Shown here piece after piece: positions 29,262-39,235 of a stretch of 64,000 nucleotides of DNA. The stretch lies in contig JBOHRN010000002.1 of assembly GCA_050732775.1 (NCBI GenBank), forward strand, positions 76,731-140,730, given 5' to 3'. A program made the position numbers and the translations under genes. Under the pieces are notes generated by a model. That model searched no databases. It was not told the DNA's origin and saw nothing but the letters and a program-made list of their open reading frames with translations. This DNA is from Longimicrobiaceae bacterium. Lineage in GTDB: Bacteria > Gemmatimonadota > Gemmatimonadetes > Longimicrobiales > Longimicrobiaceae. Every line of letters begins with the position of its first letter. Within the stretch, counting starts at the first letter, position 1.

Positions 29262-29295
29262 AGGGCTGTTGGCGAACGGCCAACCGGGAGTGTGT

Positions 29296-30153
29296 ATGGG
29301 CTTGACCGACCTGCTCGCGGCGGAGAACGTGATTATCCCGCTACGGGCCGGCACCGTAAAGGAAGCCGTCCACGAACTGGGCGAAACCCTGGTCGGGTCC
29401 GGGGTTTTGGCCAGCCCGGAGCCGGTGGAGGAGCTCTTGCGCGAAGACCGGCTCACGCGGGTAGCCGAGCGGGCGGTCCTGGCACAGGTGCGCGGCGACC
29501 AGGTGTCCCGGCTCGCCGTCGCTCTCGGGGTGTCCCGGGCCCCGCTCCCCTTCCGGGGAGAGGGGAAGGGAAAGATCGTGGTCCTGGTGGTCGCCCCCCG
29601 CTCTCAGACCGACCCCTTTCTCCAGCTCGTCTCCGCCCTGGTGCGGGCGCTCAGGGACGCCGCTACGGTGGAGCTACTCGAGTCGGCCGGCTCGGCCAGT
29701 GACGTGCTGGCGGTACCCGGGCTGCGGGAGATTGAATTGGAGTCCCGTCTCTACGTCCGCGACGTCATGACCCAGCGGGTCCATCAGGTGACCCCCGAGA
29801 CCACACTGAGGGAGTTGGTGGACCTCATTACCAGATACCGTCTGCGCGCCGTGCCGGTGGTGGGGGAAAAGCGCGAAGTGCTGGGTTTGGTCACCGACCG
29901 GGACATTCTCGAGTACCTTCTGCCCCGCCTCCGCCGGGGAGAGAAGAAGGAGTTGGAGGGCAAGCCCCTGCGCGAAGTTCAGGTGCGAGAAGTTATGTCC
30001 CGCTCGGTGATGTGCGTCTCCGAGGACGAGACCCTGCAGGAGGCGGCCGCGGTGATGATTCACAAGGACGTGGAGCGCTTCCCCGTGGTCAAGGAAGGCG
30101 AGATGACCGGTTTCCTTACCCGCGGAGACCTGATCCGCAAGCTGTTCGGCTAG
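29296..30153 (+). CDS. PTS EIIA(Ntr)-like domain (catalytic His absent) fused to a CBS-domain pair
   Basis: The N-terminal ~145 aa aligns by eye to PtsN/EIIA type 2, but the IPH histidine position reads LAQ. The C-terminus carries two CBS repeats (VMTQRVHQV..., VMSRSVMCV...). TTG 29269 is an alternative start. Confidence 0.6.
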   Translation: MGLTDLLAAENVIIPLRAGTVKEAVHELGETLVGSGVLASPEPVEELLREDRLTRVAERAVLAQVRGDQVSRLAVALGVSRAPLPFRGEGKGKIVVLVVAPRSQTDPFLQLVSALVRALRDAATVELLESAGSASDVLAVPGLREIELESRLYVRDVMTQRVHQVTPETTLRELVDLITRYRLRAVPVVGEKREVLGLVTDRDILEYLLPRLRRGEKKELEGKPLREVQVREVMSRSVMCVSEDETLQEAAAVMIHKDVERFPVVKEGEMTGFLTRGDLIRKLFG

Positions 30154-30192
30154 CACCGAGACGAGCAACCAGAGCCCATTCTGAGAGGATCG

Positions 30193-30618
30193 ATGTCCCG
30201 TACCTTAGCCATCATCAAACCAGACGCCTTCGGCTCCGGTTACGCCGGAAAGATCCTCGCCCAGCTGGAGGGCAGGGGGTTCCGGGTACTCTCCCTGCGC
30301 GTAACCCGCCTCACCCGGGTCCAAGCCGGGGAGTTCTACGCCATCCACCGGGGTAGGCCCTTCTATGAAGAGCTAGTGGCGTTCATGAGCTCCGGCCCCT
30401 GCCTTCCCCTGGCGCTGGAGCGCAACGACGCGGTCTCCTGGCTGCGAGAAGTTATCGGCGCCACCGACCCCGCCGAGGCCGCCGAAGGCACGGTCCGTAA
30501 GCTTTACGCCGAGTCCAAGGGGAGGAACGCCATCCACGCCTCGGACTCCGAGGAGAGCGCGGCTCGCGAGATCGGCTTCTTCTTCGCCCACGCCGAGCTG
30601 GTGGCGAACAGCGTTTAA
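30193..30618 (+). CDS. ndk: Nucleoside-diphosphate kinase
   Basis: TLAIIKPDAF, NAIHASDS (active-site His). Confidence 0.95.
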   Translation: MSRTLAIIKPDAFGSGYAGKILAQLEGRGFRVLSLRVTRLTRVQAGEFYAIHRGRPFYEELVAFMSSGPCLPLALERNDAVSWLREVIGATDPAEAAEGTVRKLYAESKGRNAIHASDSEESAAREIGFFFAHAELVANSV

Positions 30619-30621
30619 TCG

Positions 30622-30650
30622 TTGACAGAACGGGTATTTTCGGCTACTAT
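30622..30650 (+). promoter_or_regulatory. Sigma-70-like promoter (TTGACA, 17 nt, TACTAT) in front of yceD-rpmF-plsX-fab
   Basis: TTGACA at 30622-30627 and TACTAT at 30645-30650 with a 17-nt spacer, in an AT-richer gap. The yceD ATG is at 30660. Confidence 0.4.
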
Positions 30651-30659
30651 ATTAAGTTT

Positions 30660-31175
30660 ATGCTGACTCTGAGCCTGGCCGGGTTGGCGCGGGAGGGAGA
30701 GGCGCGCTTGAGCGGCGATATACCACCCCACCACGCCGTCTGGTCTGGGGTGGAAGCGGAGCCCGCCGCTCCCGCGCGGCTGGAGCTGCAGGCGCGGGAG
30801 GCAGGAGAGGGGGTGCTGGTACGCGGAAAGATCCGGGCCAGCTTCCGGCTTCCGTGCCGGCGCTGCCTGGCCGGCTTGGAGGTGGAGCTGGAAGACGACC
30901 TGAATATTTTTTTTGAGTATGAAGAGAGCTGGCGGGAGGACGGGCCGGAGAGCGACACCTTTCCGCTTCCCGAGGGCGCCCGCGAGATCGATCTAACCGG
31001 CCCCATCCGGGAGCACCTGCTCCTGGCCGCTCCCACCTTTGCCCTCTGCGACGAGCGGTGTAAGGGGCTCTGCCCCCGCTGCGGAGCCGACCTGAACCGG
31101 GGCGAGTGCGGTTGTGAGCCGGAACCGCAGGGCGGAGCGTGGGATAAGTTGAAACAAGTGACCCTTGAGGAGTAA
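30660..31175 (+). CDS. yceD: YceD/DUF177 family protein (large-subunit rRNA accumulation protein)
   Basis: Cys motifs CRRCL and CDERCKGLCPRCGADLNRGECGC. Conserved position immediately upstream of rpmF. Confidence 0.8.
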   Translation: MLTLSLAGLAREGEARLSGDIPPHHAVWSGVEAEPAAPARLELQAREAGEGVLVRGKIRASFRLPCRRCLAGLEVELEDDLNIFFEYEESWREDGPESDTFPLPEGAREIDLTGPIREHLLLAAPTFALCDERCKGLCPRCGADLNRGECGCEPEPQGGAWDKLKQVTLEE

Positions 31176-31181
31176 TCAAAG

Positions 31182-31364
31182 ATGGCCGTACCCAAGAGAC
31201 GCACTTCCAAGCAGCGGCAGCGAAAGCGCCGCACCCACGTAAAGGCCGAAGTGCCCGCCTACCGGGCGTGTCCCCAGTGCGGGGACCCGCAACCGCCGCA
31301 CCGCATCTGCCCGACCTGCGGCTACTACCGGGGGGAGCAACGCGTCGAGGCCGAAGAGTTTTAG
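31182..31364 (+). CDS. rpmF: 50S ribosomal protein L32
   Basis: MAVPKRRTSKQRQRKRRTH; CPQCG...CPTCGYY zinc-ribbon form. Confidence 0.95.
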   Translation: MAVPKRRTSKQRQRKRRTHVKAEVPAYRACPQCGDPQPPHRICPTCGYYRGEQRVEAEEF

Positions 31365-31404
31365 CGCGCGTCGCCTCTCTCTAGCCATCCGTTCGCAGGT
31401 TACT

Positions 31405-32400
31405 ATGCGTATCGCGCTGGACGCCATGGGTTCGGACCGCGCCCCCGTCGTAGAGGTAGAGGGCGCGGCCGGGGCCCTGGAACGGGACGACTCTCTTACC
31501 GTGGTTCTGGTCGGAGACAGGGAGGTGGTGGAGCGCGAGTTGGACCGCCATCCCGAAGCCCCGCGCGGCCGCATGGAGGTGGTTCACGCCCCGGAGCGCA
31601 TCGGCACCGACGAGCCGCCCGCTCAAGCTGTCCGCCGCAAGCGTGACTCATCCATCGTGCGGGGGCTCAGCCTGGTCAAGAACGGCGAAGCCGACGCCTT
31701 TATCAGCGCCGGTTCCACCGGCGCGGTGATGGCGGGGGCGTTCACCATCCTGCGTCCGCTGCCAGGCGTTGACCGCCCCGCCATTGGCACCGCGGTTCCC
31801 ACCGCGCACGGGCGCACTCTCATCCTCGACAGCGGGGCCAACGTGGATACCCGGGGCCAGCACCTGGTGCAGTTCGCGCACCTGGGGGCCATCTACGCCC
31901 AGGATCTGATGGGGGTGGAGCAGCCGCGCATAGGCCTGCTCAATATAGGGGAGGAACCCGAGAAGGGGGACGAAAGGTCGCTGGAGGCGCACCGGCTCCT
32001 GGCGGCGGCCGAAAACCTCCACTTCGTGGGCAACGTGGAGGGGAGGGACCTGGTGCGCGGCGCCTGTGACGTGTTGGTGTGCGACGGCTTCGTGGGCAAC
32101 GTTCTGCTCAAGTTCTACGAATCGGTGGCGGCTTTCCTCCTGGGGATGTTCCGGGAACAGGTAGGGAAGTCCAATGCGGACGTGGATCTGCGCCCCATCG
32201 TGGAGGTCCTTGACTATACCGAGACTGGCGGCGCGCCCCTACTGGGGGTCGACGGCGTGACTATCGTCTGTCACGGCGGATCTCCCCCGCAAGCCGTCAA
32301 GGGAGCTATCGCCGTGGCCGCCCGCGCGGTGGAGCACCGCATGATCGAGCACATCGAAGGGCGCCTCGCCCGCTTCGCGGCGGCTCCGGTGGGCTCGTGA
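31405..32400 (+). CDS. plsX: Phosphate acyltransferase PlsX
   Basis: RIALDAMGSDRAP, AFISAGSTGA, VCDGFVGNVLLK. Confidence 0.9.
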   Translation: MRIALDAMGSDRAPVVEVEGAAGALERDDSLTVVLVGDREVVERELDRHPEAPRGRMEVVHAPERIGTDEPPAQAVRRKRDSSIVRGLSLVKNGEADAFISAGSTGAVMAGAFTILRPLPGVDRPAIGTAVPTAHGRTLILDSGANVDTRGQHLVQFAHLGAIYAQDLMGVEQPRIGLLNIGEEPEKGDERSLEAHRLLAAAENLHFVGNVEGRDLVRGACDVLVCDGFVGNVLLKFYESVAAFLLGMFREQVGKSNADVDLRPIVEVLDYTETGGAPLLGVDGVTIVCHGGSPPQAVKGAIAVAARAVEHRMIEHIEGRLARFAAAPVGS

Positions 32401-33392
32401 TTTCTCCGCGCCGGCCTTTTGCCGCGCTGGTCTCCACCGGCCGCTACATGCCCGGGCGAGTGGTGACCAACAAGGAGATGGAGGGGTTAGTGGACACCTC
32501 GGAAGAATGGATCCGCACCCGCACCGGTATCCGCGAGCGGCGGCTGGCAGACTCCGAAACCGGCGCTGCCGAGATGGGGACGGCCGCTGCCCGGGTCGCC
32601 CTGGAGCGCGCCGGGGTGACCCCCGAGGAGGTGGATGTGCTGCTAGTTTCCACCGCCACTCCGGACCGGCTGCTACCCTCCACTGCCTGCGACATCCAGG
32701 CTTTGCTCGGGACCTCCAACGCGGCCGCTTACGACTTCGCCAGCGCCTGTTCGGGGTTCCCTTACGGATTGGGGCTGGCCGAGGGCCACCTCGCGGCCGG
32801 ACAGGCCGAGACCGTGCTGCTGGTCTGTACCGAGAAGATGAGCGCCATCGTAGACTGGACCGACCGGAGGACCTGCGTCCTCTTCGGAGACGGCGCCGGG
32901 GCCGCGGTGATCCGCCCCTCGGGCGACGACAGGGGCGTCCTTTCCACCTTCGCCAAAGCCGACGGGACCTTGGCCGACCTTCTCTACCGACCCGCTGGCG
33001 GCACCCGCATCCCCATGGACGCCGCCGTCTTGGACGAACGGAGCCACCTGGTCAAGATGGCCGGTCCAGAGGTGTTCAAGGCGGCGGTTCGCTCCATGTG
33101 CGAGGCCGCCTGCGTCGCCCTCGAAAGGGCCGGGCTCGAGGCCGGGGAGATCGACCTACTCATCCCCCACCAGGCCAACAACCGCATCATCGAGTCCACC
33201 GCCAAGTACGCGGGCGTCCCCATGGACAAGGTGTACGTAAACGTGGACCGCTACGGCAACATGAGTTCCGCCTCTATCCCCGTGGCCCTGGACGAAGCGC
33301 TGGAGACGGGCGCCGCGAAGAGAGGGTCGCTGGTGCTACTGGTCGCCTTCGGCGCCGGCTTTACCTGGGGGTCTGCCGTGGTGCGGCTCTGA
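32397..33392 (+). CDS. fabH: 3-oxoacyl-ACP synthase III
   Basis: Active-site ASACSGF, HQANNRII, GNMSSASIP. GTGA overlap with plsX. Confidence 0.9.
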   Translation: MISPRRPFAALVSTGRYMPGRVVTNKEMEGLVDTSEEWIRTRTGIRERRLADSETGAAEMGTAAARVALERAGVTPEEVDVLLVSTATPDRLLPSTACDIQALLGTSNAAAYDFASACSGFPYGLGLAEGHLAAGQAETVLLVCTEKMSAIVDWTDRRTCVLFGDGAGAAVIRPSGDDRGVLSTFAKADGTLADLLYRPAGGTRIPMDAAVLDERSHLVKMAGPEVFKAAVRSMCEAACVALERAGLEAGEIDLLIPHQANNRIIESTAKYAGVPMDKVYVNVDRYGNMSSASIPVALDEALETGAAKRGSLVLLVAFGAGFTWGSAVVRL

Positions 33393-33395
33393 GAC

Positions 33396-34346
33396 GTGAG
33401 CGGGAAAACAGCCCTTCTTTTTCCCGGCCAGGGCTCCCAGTTCACCGGCATGGGCGCCAATCTGGCCGGGCGCTTCCCGCTGGCGCGGGAGTTTTTCGAG
33501 GAGGCCGACGACACCCTCGGGTTCTCTCTCTCGCGGCTCTGTTGGGAGGGCCCCGAGCACGAACTACTGCTCACCAAGAACGCCCAGCCCGCCATCCTGG
33601 TCCACTCCCTGGCCGTGTGGCGGCTGGTCTCGGACTCGCTCGGGGAGGTGTCGCTCGCGGCCGGTCACTCGCTCGGTGAGTTCACCGCTTACGCGGCCGC
33701 CGGCTCCCTCACTTTCGCCGACGCGGTGCGCACCGTTCGGCTCAGAGGCGAGCTGATGTTCCGCGTGGGGGAAGAGCGGCCGGGTACCATGACCGCGCTG
33801 ATCGGGCTCGGCCAGGGCGAGGCAGAGAGTATCTGCCGGGAGGCGTCGGGGGGTGGCGGGGTGGCGGTTCCCGCCAACTTCAACGCCCCCGGCCAAGTGG
33901 TCATTTCGGGCGACCCGGCCGCCCTCGGGCGGGCGGGAGAAGCGGCCAGAGAGCAGGGGGCCAGGCGGGTGATACCGCTCAACGTGTCGGGTGCCTTCCA
34001 CTCTCCGCTCATGGAGCCAGCGCGCGCTGGTCTGAGCGATTGGCTGGATGGCGTGGCGTTTGATCCCCCGGCCTTCCCGGTGGTCTCGAACGTCACCGCT
34101 CGTCCGGTTTCCGATCCGGCCCAGGCACGCTCGCTGCTGGTGGAGCAGCTCACGGCCCCGGTAAGGTGGTCCGACTCGATGCTGGCCATGAGCGAAAGCG
34201 GGGCTGGCCGTTTCCTGGAGATCGGACCGGGAAGTGTGCTCAGCGGACTTCTGAGGCGTATCGACAAAGGGGTCTCGGTGAAGACGCTGGGGACCGCGCA
34301 CGAGGTAACGGCGTTCTTGGAGCAGGGGGGAGCGTCGTGGAGCTGA
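33396..34346 (+). CDS. fabD: Malonyl-CoA-ACP transacylase
   Basis: [24 protein letters not shown]. Confidence 0.9.
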   Translation: MSGKTALLFPGQGSQFTGMGANLAGRFPLAREFFEEADDTLGFSLSRLCWEGPEHELLLTKNAQPAILVHSLAVWRLVSDSLGEVSLAAGHSLGEFTAYAAAGSLTFADAVRTVRLRGELMFRVGEERPGTMTALIGLGQGEAESICREASGGGGVAVPANFNAPGQVVISGDPAALGRAGEAAREQGARRVIPLNVSGAFHSPLMEPARAGLSDWLDGVAFDPPAFPVVSNVTARPVSDPAQARSLLVEQLTAPVRWSDSMLAMSESGAGRFLEIGPGSVLSGLLRRIDKGVSVKTLGTAHEVTAFLEQGGASWS

Positions 34347-35071
34347 CGGGAAAAGTAGCCGTGATCACGGGCGGCTCGCGCGGCATCGGCTTGGCCATCT
34401 GCCACGAACTGGCCGTAGCCGGCGCCAGAGTGGCGGTGGTGGCTAGAGGATCGGAGCGCGCCCGCGAGGCGGCCAGGGAGTTGCCCGGAGAGGGGCACGC
34501 GGCGTTTGGCGCCGATGTTGCGGACGCGGCCGCCGTCCGGTATACCTTTGGCCGCATAGAAGACGAGTTGGGGCCGGTGGAGGTGTTGGTCAACAGTGCC
34601 GGCGTTGCCCGCGACAAGGTGTTGGCGCGGCTCACCGACGACGACTGGTCAGCGGTGCTGGAGGTGAACCTGAGGGGTACGTTCAACACCATCCGGGCCG
34701 TGGCCCGCGGCATGATGAAGCGCCGGAGCGGCCGCATCGTCAACCTGTCCAGCGTGGTCGGCCTCACCGGTAACCGGGGCCAGGCCAACTACGCGGCCTC
34801 CAAGGCGGGGGTGATCGGGCTCACCAAGTCGGTGGCCAAGGAGTTGGCTTCGCGCGGTGTGCTGGCTAACGCGGTAGCGCCGGGCTATATCGAGACCGAT
34901 ATGACGGCGGAGCTCCCCGAATCGGCGCGTCGCGCCCTGCTAGGCCAGATCCCCCTGGAACGGTTGGGACAGCCGGGGGACGTGGCGCCGCTGGTGCGGT
35001 TCCTGGCGGGGCCGGGAGGGTCGTACATCACCGGCCAGGTGATCGTGGTGGACGGCGGGATGGTTATGTGA
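34337..35071 (+). CDS. fabG: 3-oxoacyl-ACP reductase
   Basis: The GTG at 34337 gives [21 protein letters not shown] motifs NSAG and YAASKAG. 10-nt overlap with fabD. Confidence 0.9.
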   Translation: MELTGKVAVITGGSRGIGLAICHELAVAGARVAVVARGSERAREAARELPGEGHAAFGADVADAAAVRYTFGRIEDELGPVEVLVNSAGVARDKVLARLTDDDWSAVLEVNLRGTFNTIRAVARGMMKRRSGRIVNLSSVVGLTGNRGQANYAASKAGVIGLTKSVAKELASRGVLANAVAPGYIETDMTAELPESARRALLGQIPLERLGQPGDVAPLVRFLAGPGGSYITGQVIVVDGGMVM

Positions 35072-35143
35072 TAGTCGGCGGTCAGGTGGGCTAGCAGTAC
35101 CGTTGGCTGGGTAGGTTCACGTCTTTCAACAGGAGATAAGCAG

Positions 35144-35383
35144 ATGGCGGACATCGACGCAAAGGTCAAGGACATCATCGTGAGCGAGCTGGGAATCGAG
35201 GAGGAGAAGGTTACCTCCGAGGCGTCGTTCGTAGAGGATCTGGGCGCGGACTCCCTGGACACCGTGGAGTTGGTCATGGCGTTCGAGGAGGAGTTCGGCA
35301 TCGAGATCCCGGACGAGGAAGCCGAGCGGCTCCAGACCGTGGGCGATGCCATCGAGTTTATCAAGCGGCGAGGAGTTGAATAA
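35144..35383 (+). CDS. acpP: Acyl carrier protein
   Basis: [21 protein letters not shown] (phosphopantetheine Ser). AGGAGA RBS upstream. Confidence 0.95.
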   Translation: MADIDAKVKDIIVSELGIEEEKVTSEASFVEDLGADSLDTVELVMAFEEEFGIEIPDEEAERLQTVGDAIEFIKRRGVE

Positions 35384-36626
35384 CCGCCGGGTCGTCGTCA
35401 CCGGGACGGGTCTGGTCACCGCCCTCGGGAGCGGCGTCGCGGAGAACTGGACGGCCCTGGTGGAGGGCAAGAGCGGAGCCGCTCCCATCCAGGGCTTCGA
35501 CGCCTCGGAGTACCCGGTACGGTTCGCGTGCGAGGCAAGGGGGTTTGACCCGGCCGGCTTCATCGACAAGAAGGAGCTGAGGCGGACCGACCGCTACTCC
35601 CAACTCGCTATCGCCGGCTCGGCCCAGGCCATGTCCGAGGCCGGGCTCGGGGAGCCCGCGGACGGGGTGGATGCGGAGCGCCTCGGGGTCATCATCGCCA
35701 GCGGCATTGGGGGCATCTCCACTTTCGAAGAGCAGCATCGCAAGCTCATCGAGCGGGGGCCCGGTCGTATCTCCCCCTTCTTCGTGCCGATGTTCATCTC
35801 GGACATAGCGGCCGGATTGGTCTCCATCCGCTACGGGGCCAAAGGTCCCAACTACGCCACCGTGTCGGCGTGCGCCTCCAGTGCCCACGCCGTCGGTAAC
35901 GCGGCGCTCCTGATCCGCTCGGGCGATGCCGACGTGATGATCGCTGGCGGGGCCGAGGCCAGCGTGACTCCGATGGCGGTGGCCGGTTTCGCCTCCATGA
36001 AGGCCCTCTCCGAGCGGAACGACTCGCCCGCTACGGCGAGCCGCCCCTTCGACGCCACCCGCGACGGTTTCGTGATGGGCGAGGGCGCGGGCGTGCTAGT
36101 ACTAGAGGCGTGGGAGCACGCCCGAGCCCGCGGCGCCACCGTCCTGGCCGAGCTAGCCGGTTACGGCCAGAGCGCCGACGCCTACCATATCACCGCTCCC
36201 GCGGCGGGTGGGGAGGGGGCGGTGCGGGCCATGAAGCTAGCCCTGGAGGACGCCGGCGCCGGCCCCGCCGAGGTGGATTACGTAAACGCTCATGGTACCT
36301 CCACCCCGGCCAACGACTCCAATGAAACCGCCGCCATCAAGGAGGCGCTAGGCCAGCGGGCGCGAGAGATCGTGGTCGGCTCCACCAAGTCTATGACCGG
36401 CCACACCCTGGGAGCCGCGGGCGGGGTCGAGGGGGTAATCTGTTCCCTGGTTTGCAGGCACGGAGTCATCCCGCCCACCATCAACTACTCCGAGCCCGAC
36501 CCCGCCTGCGACCTCGACTACGCCACCGACGGCGCGGTGAAACGGGAGGTCGGGCTTGCCCTCTCCAACTCGTTCGGCTTCGGTGGTCACAACGTCTGCC
36601 TGGCTATCCGCCGCTGGCAAGCGTGA
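35376..36626 (+). CDS. fabF: 3-oxoacyl-ACP synthase II
   Basis: [12 protein letters not shown]-terminus, active-site [23 protein letters not shown]. Start is TTG 35376 (homology-length match) or ATG 35346. Either start overlaps acpP. Confidence 0.9.
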   Translation: MNNRRVVVTGTGLVTALGSGVAENWTALVEGKSGAAPIQGFDASEYPVRFACEARGFDPAGFIDKKELRRTDRYSQLAIAGSAQAMSEAGLGEPADGVDAERLGVIIASGIGGISTFEEQHRKLIERGPGRISPFFVPMFISDIAAGLVSIRYGAKGPNYATVSACASSAHAVGNAALLIRSGDADVMIAGGAEASVTPMAVAGFASMKALSERNDSPATASRPFDATRDGFVMGEGAGVLVLEAWEHARARGATVLAELAGYGQSADAYHITAPAAGGEGAVRAMKLALEDAGAGPAEVDYVNAHGTSTPANDSNETAAIKEALGQRAREIVVGSTKSMTGHTLGAAGGVEGVICSLVCRHGVIPPTINYSEPDPACDLDYATDGAVKREVGLALSNSFGFGGHNVCLAIRRWQA

Positions 36627-37102
36627 GGGTCGGCATCGGCTACGATTCGCACCGCTTCGCCCGAGGGCGGCGGCTGGTGCTCGGAGGGGTGGAGATTCCT
36701 TCGCAAGTGGGGCTGGCCGGCCACTCCGACGCCGACGCCGTTGCCCACGCGGTGACCGACGCCATCCTGGGAGCAGCGGGCGCGGGTGACATCGGCCGCC
36801 ACTTTCCGCCCGGCGACCCCGCCTGGCAGGGCGCCGACTCCCTCGAACTGCTGGCCCGCGCCCTGGAGCTGGTAGAGGGAGAGGGGTACCAGGTGGTAAA
36901 CGTGGACGTGACCGTGATCGCCGAGCTCCCCCGGATTGCCCCCCACGCGGTCGAAATGAGCGGTAAACTCGCTGGAGTGTTGGGGGTCTCGCCCGGCTCG
37001 GTATCTCTCAAGGGGACCAGCAACGAGGGCATGGGGTGGATCGGCCGGGGGGAGGGGGTCGCCGCCCTGGCGGTGGCGCTGGTGGACCGGGTCGGCGGGT
37101 AG
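36623..37102 (+). CDS. ispF: 2-C-methyl-D-erythritol 2,4-cyclodiphosphate synthase
   Basis: [35 protein letters not shown] overlap with fabF. Confidence 0.9.
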   Translation: MRVGIGYDSHRFARGRRLVLGGVEIPSQVGLAGHSDADAVAHAVTDAILGAAGAGDIGRHFPPGDPAWQGADSLELLARALELVEGEGYQVVNVDVTVIAELPRIAPHAVEMSGKLAGVLGVSPGSVSLKGTSNEGMGWIGRGEGVAALAVALVDRVGG

Positions 37103-37123
37103 CGCTACCACCCGGAGGTCACC

Positions 37124-37756
37124 ATCGAACGGCTGCTCGAATCCATAGCCGGCCTGCCGCCCCTACTAATCTACCTGATAATCGGGGCGGGCGCCGCCAT
37201 CGAGCCGTGGTTTCCTCCGGTGCCGTCCGACACTTTCGTGCTCTTCGGCGCCTTCCTGACCACCCTCGGCCGCGCGGAGCCCACGCCGATCTTTGTTTTC
37301 AGCTTGGCCGGCAGCTTGTCGTCGGTGTCGGCCGTCTACTCCCTGGCGCGCAGGTACGGGCCCGGTGCCTTCGACACCCGTCTGGGGCGGTGGCTCCTGA
37401 ACGAGCGGCAGCTCGGCCAGGTGAGCCGCTTCTACCGGCGCTGGGGGGTCCCGGCCATCTTTTTCGCCTCTTTTCTCCCCACGGTGCGGGCGGTGGTGCC
37501 GGTGTTCGCTGGCGTCAGCGGTTTCCCGTTCTGGCGGACTCTCATCCCCCTGGCGTGTGGAGACGTCATCTGGTACGGTTTTCTGGTCTACGCGGGGGTC
37601 ACCGCGGGGCGCAACTGGGACGCTCTGGTCGAGTTCACCGACCGGGTTGGCTCCCTTCTCCTGATCCCGGCCCTCGCGGTACTGCTACTGATCGGGCTCT
37701 GGTGGTGGCAGAGCAGGAGGAGGGGAAAGGCGGCTGCCGGTGGCGACGACGTCTGA
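37124..37756 (+). CDS. DedA-family membrane protein (start codon unresolved)
   Basis: DedA core (EPWFPPVPSDTFVLFGAF...). The conserved first TM helix lies upstream of the first canonical start (GTG 37220). Candidate ATC at 37124 sits 5 nt after GGAGG. Confidence 0.55.
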   Translation: MERLLESIAGLPPLLIYLIIGAGAAIEPWFPPVPSDTFVLFGAFLTTLGRAEPTPIFVFSLAGSLSSVSAVYSLARRYGPGAFDTRLGRWLLNERQLGQVSRFYRRWGVPAIFFASFLPTVRAVVPVFAGVSGFPFWRTLIPLACGDVIWYGFLVYAGVTAGRNWDALVEFTDRVGSLLLIPALAVLLLIGLWWWQSRRRGKAAAGGDDV

Positions 37757-38651
37757 CCTGGAGCGGGACTTCAACCTCGCCCGCTTCTTGGATTACCTGC
37801 GTTTCGAGCGCGGGCTCTCGGAGAGGACGGTCTCGGCTTACCAGCGCGATGTCACCCGCTTGGCTAGCTTTTTATCCGGCTCCGGACGACGAACTCCGCA
37901 AGAGGCCAGCAGCCGCGAGTTACGGGACTTCGTGCTGCACCTCAAGGACGCTGGGCTGGCCGCGGCGTCGATCTCGCGGGGTGTCTCGGCGGTGCGCACC
38001 TACTTCCGCTTTCTGCTGGAGGAGGAGTTGGTGGAGAGCGACCCCAGCGAACGGATCGAGCCCCCCAAGGGTTGGAAGGCGCTCCCGCAGGCGCTGACCC
38101 AGCTGGAGGTGGAGCGGCTGCTGGAGGCGCCCGATCTAGCGCACCCCTTGGCGTGGCGCGACCGGGCCCTGCTCGAGTTCTTGTACGCCGGCGGCGTGCG
38201 GGTGTCAGAGCTGACGGGGCTACCTCTGCGCGACCTCATGTTGGACGAGGGTTTCGCCCGGGTGGTGGGAAAAGGGGCCAAGGAGCGGCTGGTACCGCTG
38301 GGGCAGAGCGCCGTGGGCGCTCTTTCGGTGTACCTTAGGGACACCCGTCCTCGCTTGGACCGGGGCAAGGGGGGCGGGCGGGTATTCCTGAACGCTCGCG
38401 GCGCTCCGCTCACCCGCCAGGGAGTGTGGAAGATCATCAAGGAGCACGCTAGCACCGCCGGGATCGAGAAGCGGGTAACCCCGCACACTTTGCGGCACTC
38501 CTTCGCCACCCACCTTCTGGAGGGGGGCGCGGACTTGGTGGCGGTCCAGGAGATGTTGGGCCACGCCGACATTTCGACCACGCAGATCTACACCCACGTG
38601 GACCGAAGGTACCTGGCCGAGGTACACCGCCAGTATCACCCTCGCGGATAG
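37740..38651 (+). CDS. xerD: Tyrosine recombinase XerC/XerD type
   Basis: [13 protein letters not shown]-terminal SAM-like domain. Catalytic region [39 protein letters not shown]. Confidence 0.85.
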   Translation: MATTSDLERDFNLARFLDYLRFERGLSERTVSAYQRDVTRLASFLSGSGRRTPQEASSRELRDFVLHLKDAGLAAASISRGVSAVRTYFRFLLEEELVESDPSERIEPPKGWKALPQALTQLEVERLLEAPDLAHPLAWRDRALLEFLYAGGVRVSELTGLPLRDLMLDEGFARVVGKGAKERLVPLGQSAVGALSVYLRDTRPRLDRGKGGGRVFLNARGAPLTRQGVWKIIKEHASTAGIEKRVTPHTLRHSFATHLLEGGADLVAVQEMLGHADISTTQIYTHVDRRYLAEVHRQYHPRG

Positions 38652-38653
38652 CC

Positions 38654-39235
38654 ATGATCTTGGTCATCGACAACTACGACTCCTTTACCTGGAACCTGGT
38701 TCAGTACCTGGGCGAGCTGGGGGCCGAGGTCGAGGTGCGCCGCAACGACGAGGTTACCGTGGAGGGGGTGAAGAAGATGGCGCCTGCGGGGCTAGTGATC
38801 TCGCCGGGCCCGCGTACCCCGGCCGAGGCCGGGGTCTCGGTGGAGGTGGTCCGGCAGCTGGGCGGTGCGCTCCCGATCCTCGGCGTTTGTTTGGGGCATC
38901 AGGCCATAGGCGCGGCGTTCGGCGGGCGTATCGTGCGCGCCCGCAGGGTCATGCACGGCAAGACCTCTCCCGTGGCTCACACCGGTGAGGGTGTGTTCCG
39001 GGGGCTCCCCACGCCGCTCACCGTGACCCGCTACCACTCCCTGGTGATCGACCCCGAGACGCTCCCCGACCAACTGGAAACGGTGGCGTGGACGGACGAG
39101 CCGGGCTTCGAAGACGAGATTCAGGCGGTTCGCCACCGGGAGCTACCGGTCTGGGGGGTGCAGTTCCACCCCGAGTCCATCGCCAGCGAGAAAGGGCACG
39201 AACTGTTGCGAAACTTCCTAGCAAGCAGCCGCTGA
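38654..39235 (+). CDS. Anthranilate/aminodeoxychorismate synthase component II (glutamine amidotransferase)
   Basis: [36 protein letters not shown]. Confidence 0.85.
   Translation: MILVIDNYDSFTWNLVQYLGELGAEVEVRRNDEVTVEGVKKMAPAGLVISPGPRTPAEAGVSVEVVRQLGGALPILGVCLGHQAIGAAFGGRIVRARRVMHGKTSPVAHTGEGVFRGLPTPLTVTRYHSLVIDPETLPDQLETVAWTDEPGFEDEIQAVRHRELPVWGVQFHPESIASEKGHELLRNFLASSR

Noticed and set aside
37740-38651. Tyrosine recombinase as evidence of a prophage or integrative element
   Set aside because: The sequence and size match chromosomal XerC/XerD dimer-resolution recombinases. The flanking genes are housekeeping, with no att repeats or phage genes.
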